NCBI GenBank assembly: GCA_963799045.1
Contig: CAWCVN010000004.1
Location: 552,645 to 576,644 of the forward strand
Origin: an uncultured Actinomycetota bacterium
GTDB lineage: Bacteria > Actinomycetota > Actinomycetes > Mycobacteriales > Jatrophihabitantaceae
Direction: 5' to 3'
Length of the DNA: 24,000 bases
Part shown: positions 23,632 through 24,000 of the stretch, one piece after another
Position numbering within the stretch: position 1 is the first letter of the stretch
How the letters are laid out: each line of letters opens with the position of its first letter
Program-made: the position numbers and the translations under genes
The notes under the pieces: model-generated
Told to the model about the DNA's origin: nothing
The model's database searches: none
The model's input: the letters and a program-made list of their open reading frames with translations, nothing else

Positions 23632-24000
23632 CAGATCCCCTTGCCGATGTTGATGGCGGCCTCGTAGGTGTCCTTCGACCGCGTGACGACCTGGGCGTTC
23701 GCCTGGAAGGCCCGCTGGGCCATGATCAGGTTGCCCATCTGGTCGCTCATGTTGATGTCCGGGCGCCGGACGAGGCCCTGCGCGTCGGCGATCGGGTTGC
23801 TGGGGTCGTAGCTGAGGACCCCTTGCGGGCTGGAGCCGAGGATCCCGGTGACCTCGACGCCGCTACCGACGCCGTCGGCGCCCGCGCCGCGCGGCTGGGC
23901 CTGGACGAACTCGGCCTGGAACGCAGTTCCCGAGGTCGGTGAGACGTCGTTGACGTTGGCGATGTTGTTGGCGAGTGCGTCCAGCCAGGTCTGGTAGGTG
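23631..24000 (-). CDS. flgC: proximal rod protein FlgC (C-terminal ~122 codons; start lies beyond the right edge)
   Basis: Not in the ORF track because it has no start in the window. The reverse complement reads ..TYQTWLDALANNIANVNDVS...GLVRRPDINMSDQMGNLIMAQRAFQANAQVVTRSKDTYEAAINIGKGI, with stop TGA at 23631-23633. The rod-family NNIANVN and QRAFQAN motifs, plus the position before fliE, support the call. Confidence 0.85.
   Translation of the reverse strand, partial: TYQTWLDALANNIANVNDVSPTSGTAFQAEFVQAQPRGAGADGVGSGVEVTGILGSSPQGVLSYDPSNPIADAQGLVRRPDINMSDQMGNLIMAQRAFQANAQVVTRSKDTYEAAINIGKGI

Noticed and set aside
1-24000. Mobile elements, an integration scar or foreign DNA around the GT2 insertion
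   Set aside because: No transposase, integrase, tRNA or flanking direct repeats were seen. The GT2 gene shares the GC3-rich codon style of its neighbours, so there is no compositional evidence for recent horizontal acquisition.

Overview
Very GC-rich window with strong GC3 bias, in the style of a motile actinobacterium. Almost all of it is one flagellar assembly and motor super-operon on the minus strand. Reading from 24000 down to 1, the order is: flgC (partial), fliE, fliF, fliG, fliH, fliI, fliJ, an NlpC/P60+SLT peptidoglycan hydrolase, fliK, flgD, flgE. A GC hairpin and a sigma-28-type promoter follow. Then come flbD, motA, motB, fliL, fliM, fliN, fliO, fliP, fliQ, fliR and flhB. One plus-strand GT2+TPR glycosyltransferase is wedged in antisense, followed by flhA, an flhF-like gene and a small membrane ORF (partial). 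This is the Bacillus fla/che and spirochete flgB-operon gene order. Genes are tightly coupled, with five 4-nt ATGA/GTGA overlaps and five 1-nt TGATG stop/start overlaps. The most notable observation is that about 17 single-base frame breaks are confined to flhF-like, flhA, flhB, fliR and fliO. The interposed glycosyltransferase gene and about 16 kb of other flagellar genes read cleanly. This points to either a local assembly-quality problem or recent loss of the type III export gate. Other leads are: a GmaR-like GT2-TPR gene splitting flhB from flhA, an FlhF homologue with degenerate GTPase motifs and a repeat-built linker, a P60+SLT fusion in the slot usually held by FlgJ-type functions, and an exact GCCGATAA sigma-28 -10 box in front of flbD-motAB. 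No rRNA, tRNA, CRISPR array, transposase or integrase was seen. All calls come from reading translated motifs and synteny by eye. No database search was run.
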